Below, one piece after another: positions 61,029 to 64,000 of a stretch of 64,000 bases of DNA. Position 1 is the stretch's first letter, and every line of letters begins with the position of its first letter. The stretch lies in the NCBI GenBank assembly GCA_964016885.1, contig OZ024760.1, forward strand, positions 32,426,001 to 32,490,000. The letters run 5' to 3'. Below the pieces are notes generated by a model. It saw only the letters and a list, made by a program, of their open reading frames with translations. It did not search any database and had not been told where the DNA came from. The position numbers and the translations under genes are program-made. This stretch comes from Eledone cirrhosa (Eukaryota).

Positions 61029-62389
61029 AATTGTCTTCAAATCCTTAATATGAGGGAGAAAATTAACGGTGTTCACTCACAGAGTTTAGTCCCTCATATG
61101 AAGATCAAGCAGTGAAAACACGGCGACTGCTATCGTCCTCAGTTAGGGTCATAAAACTATCAAGTCTCTATCTCCCAATAGCTGTAAAAGACGCTGGACA
61201 TCAATCAAATTTGTAGAATTACAGTCGGTCACAGTTAATGTGAGTTGGTACACACACACTCACACACACACGACCCGAGGTCAAAGAAAAAAAATATATA
61301 TACACATACCAACACAGCATCAAATCTGTAGAACTATAGGCGGTCACAGTGTGAGTGAGTACACACACACACTCACACACACCGACACGGGGAAATAAAA
61401 ATATAAATATACCAACATAGTATTTACCGAAAGTTAGTTTACAAAACAACAAATGTTATATTGGTCAAATCTCAATTTGACGATGTAAATTGGAAAAATT
61501 GGATCAACCGCAACCCTATACACACGCAAGTAAGTTCAGTTCAATGTTCTGCTATACGTGTATAGATTGAATTGTAATCTCCAAAAAGTGTATGTTATGG
61601 TATATACACATCCCTGTGAAGAGTAAGTAGTCAGCTCATATCGAACTCAGTATGCGCCGTTGTCCCATTGAGAATCTGAGTCCCCAAATCTGTGCGTGCA
61701 AGCAACCGCTGTGTAGGCCACCAAGGGGCTCTGTGTAGGGTTGGGTACTTGGGTTAAGGTGTCAGTATGTGCGATTTCCCGTCATATGGGCCCTTGGGCT
61801 TTTAAGATAGGTGTTTGAGTAGTGGAGGTGTGTTATCCAACACAAAAGGCAAAATAAAATAACAAATAATAGCAAAACCCCGAGGATGTGTGTAGGCCCA
61901 TTAATGGTGTGTAAGTATTATTGTCCAATCTGTAACCGTGAGCACTCCATGGTTAGATGATCACGGATCAAAACCTAGTGTAGTGTTCGATCGATAGGAA
62001 CGTGACCAGTCATAACTGTGGGAACTCAGTGTCTAAAGAAACCGGGTACTGTGTGTAGAGTTATGTATAGATAGCGTAATTAGTCTTAACTGAGTGTGTA
62101 ATACGTCTAGCTATATCCTAACCGAGAGAACTCAATGGCTAGGGTATCCTAAAGTAATGGTGAATGCGCGTAATCGGTCTTACCTGAGTGTGTAATCATT
62201 CTAACTATTTACTAACTAGGTATTCTAATGTGCACTCAGCTGTGAGAACTCTGTGGAAACAGGCCGAGTACCGTTTGTAGGTGCGCAAACGATCTTCGCT
62301 GTCTAACTACCTGAGTGTGTGATTGTTTGTTTTTTTGCTAATTGAGAGAACTCTATGGCTAAAGTAGAGAGGGAGGAGTTAATGGTAGG

Positions 62390-64000
62390 TTACTTTCCAA
62401 AAATCCTACGGAAAGTTTTCGAGGTTCTATGTTGGCAGTTGCTGAAAAGATCCGCTCTCCTATTGATTAATAGGGGGCCGCCTCTAATAATATTAAAGGT
62501 TTCAGCTATACACAAATTACAAACGCCAGTGCTGCCGTTATATGGCTGGGCTGAGCAAATTATGGACCAGGATAAGGAGTGCTCTATATTCTGTTGTTTA
62601 AGCTGCCAGACTAATTCAGAAAGCGCCGTGCTATTTCTTTTATCTAATTATACCATCTATCCTTAAATTCAGTGGCAGTTGCCCCAACATACCTGAAGGT
62701 TCTATCCAAAGTGGAGACCTTACAGTCGTAGACTATGTTTTTAGTGAGGAATTTCCCAGCCAAGGGGCAAGTGGCGGTGTTCCTGCAATTACATTTTCTG
62801 TTATCGACCTGGGTAGTTTCAGAGGAACCACGGTACCTCTGGGGTCGGGTCTCAGTTCTTGTCTGCTCTATGGGTAAGTTCCCAGGAGTTTGGGTGACCC
62901 GACTCACCTCACGTGTATGAGTCCGTTCATCCATAGAGCTGCCATTAATTCTGCCATGTCTCATCCCCTCTTGGGCTATCCTAAGTCTACTATAATTCAT
63001 CTTAGCTATATTCTGAGCTATGTTACTGGTTGTGGAGTAGGACAGCTTAATGGTATTCCTATTGAATATTTTATAGTATCTGTGTGATCTAGGGAAGCAT
63101 TTGTCTAAGGCCCTAAAGAAAAGCTTAGCTATACTAGTGGCCAGGCCAGTGGAGTAAGGAGGGTTATACCACAGGATTTTTCTGGTCCGATGCTTCTTGT
63201 TCTTGCTCTCTATACTGGAGTTAGTTATCTCCTTAGTTGCTACTGGTCTATTATAACTGAAAACTGCCTGTGGGTCGATGGTTTCCTGGGGTGTCCCGAT
63301 TGTGTTCGGAATTGTCCCATGTCTCCGGGGCGGTGTACCCATTGGGATTACCCTCGATAGCCGGGGTTATATCCACTATGCGCCTGCTACATTTATCCCT
63401 ATTCCCTCTACCCGACCCTCGTTCCATTTTACGTTCAACGGTTGTTTTATCAGTTCTACAATTAAGGTTACAATTAGAGTTTCCGCTGGCATTACGGTGC
63501 TCAGACCCCGTGTTTGTACCTGGGTGATTGGTTCCCTTGGTACCATCGACATTGGGACTAGGAGGCAATACAACATGAAGTCTATATTGATCCTCCCTTG
63601 TATCCCGCCTGCTGTTAACTAAAGTGTCACTATTTAGGCCTAAGCTATCGCAGGCAATGTTGCTACTACTATTTAATGGACGTTTGAAAGAGATTCCCTC
63701 GCTATGCCCCGCATATTCCAGGGCGCTATTATAGTAATTCGAGATCCTATTAAAGGTCTCTTCATTGGAAGATAGTCCTGAAATTCTACTAGAGACGCTT
63801 TTGGTAATACCGTTAGTGACTATTCTAGGGTGGTTCGATTTTTACATAATTTAGATTTTCGTTGGGTTTGTGGTAGGGTTGGAAGAGTCCTGAATTGAGG
63901 TTAAGTGTAACATCTAGAAAATTAACTATCTTCAGGTTTTCTTCAAACACTATACTTAGGTCTATGTTGTTGAAGAATTTGTTTAGTTTTTTCCTCACCC
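62390..64000 (-). pseudogene. Second Penelope-like (Naiad-like) RT thumb + GIY-YIG ORF, disrupted; runs off the right edge
   Basis: Motifs NFLDV.L..YHKPN..HP, KILWYNPPYS, CNCRNTATCPLAGK, IVY..YVG, TALS..W and CNLC.AE..CQH. Contains stops and frameshifts. The 3' region probably extends to about 60770. Confidence 0.88.

Noticed and set aside
47198-64000. Selenocysteine recoding as reported for some Naiad PLEs
   Set aside because: The conserved Cys positions I read are TGT/TGC. The disruptions are frameshifts or TAG, not in-frame TGA.

Overview
Eukaryotic, repeat-saturated animal DNA. Octopus-like is my inference from the (TA)n/(CA)n density, RTE LINEs with a (GAT)n tail and a CORE-type tRNA SINE. 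No conventional host gene is supported. 1-28330 is a 47(46-49)-bp satellite with nested higher-order repeats (about 2 kb, 7383 bp and about 2.2 kb). 28651-31947 is a (GTT/GGT)n tract that may be a Thr/Pro mucin-like exon on the minus strand. The remainder is transposon-derived: RTE LINE pieces, a 61-bp satellite made from the C-terminal codons of a CR1-type LINE, two decayed Penelope-like elements (PLEs; RT + GIY-YIG), a near-complete CsRn1-clade Ty3/Gypsy provirus, SINEs and a small Helitron. The most striking unannotated signal is a dense set of type I hammerhead ribozymes (about 15 motifs from about 10 unrelated families), found by eye. They sit in short fold-back PLE-type units inserted in (TA)n. 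They include a near-identical 591-bp tandem array with one U3-A8 variant hammerhead per unit (retrozyme/circRNA-like) and a family with a CAGAAGA (U4A) core. All RNA structures are manual pairings and untested.
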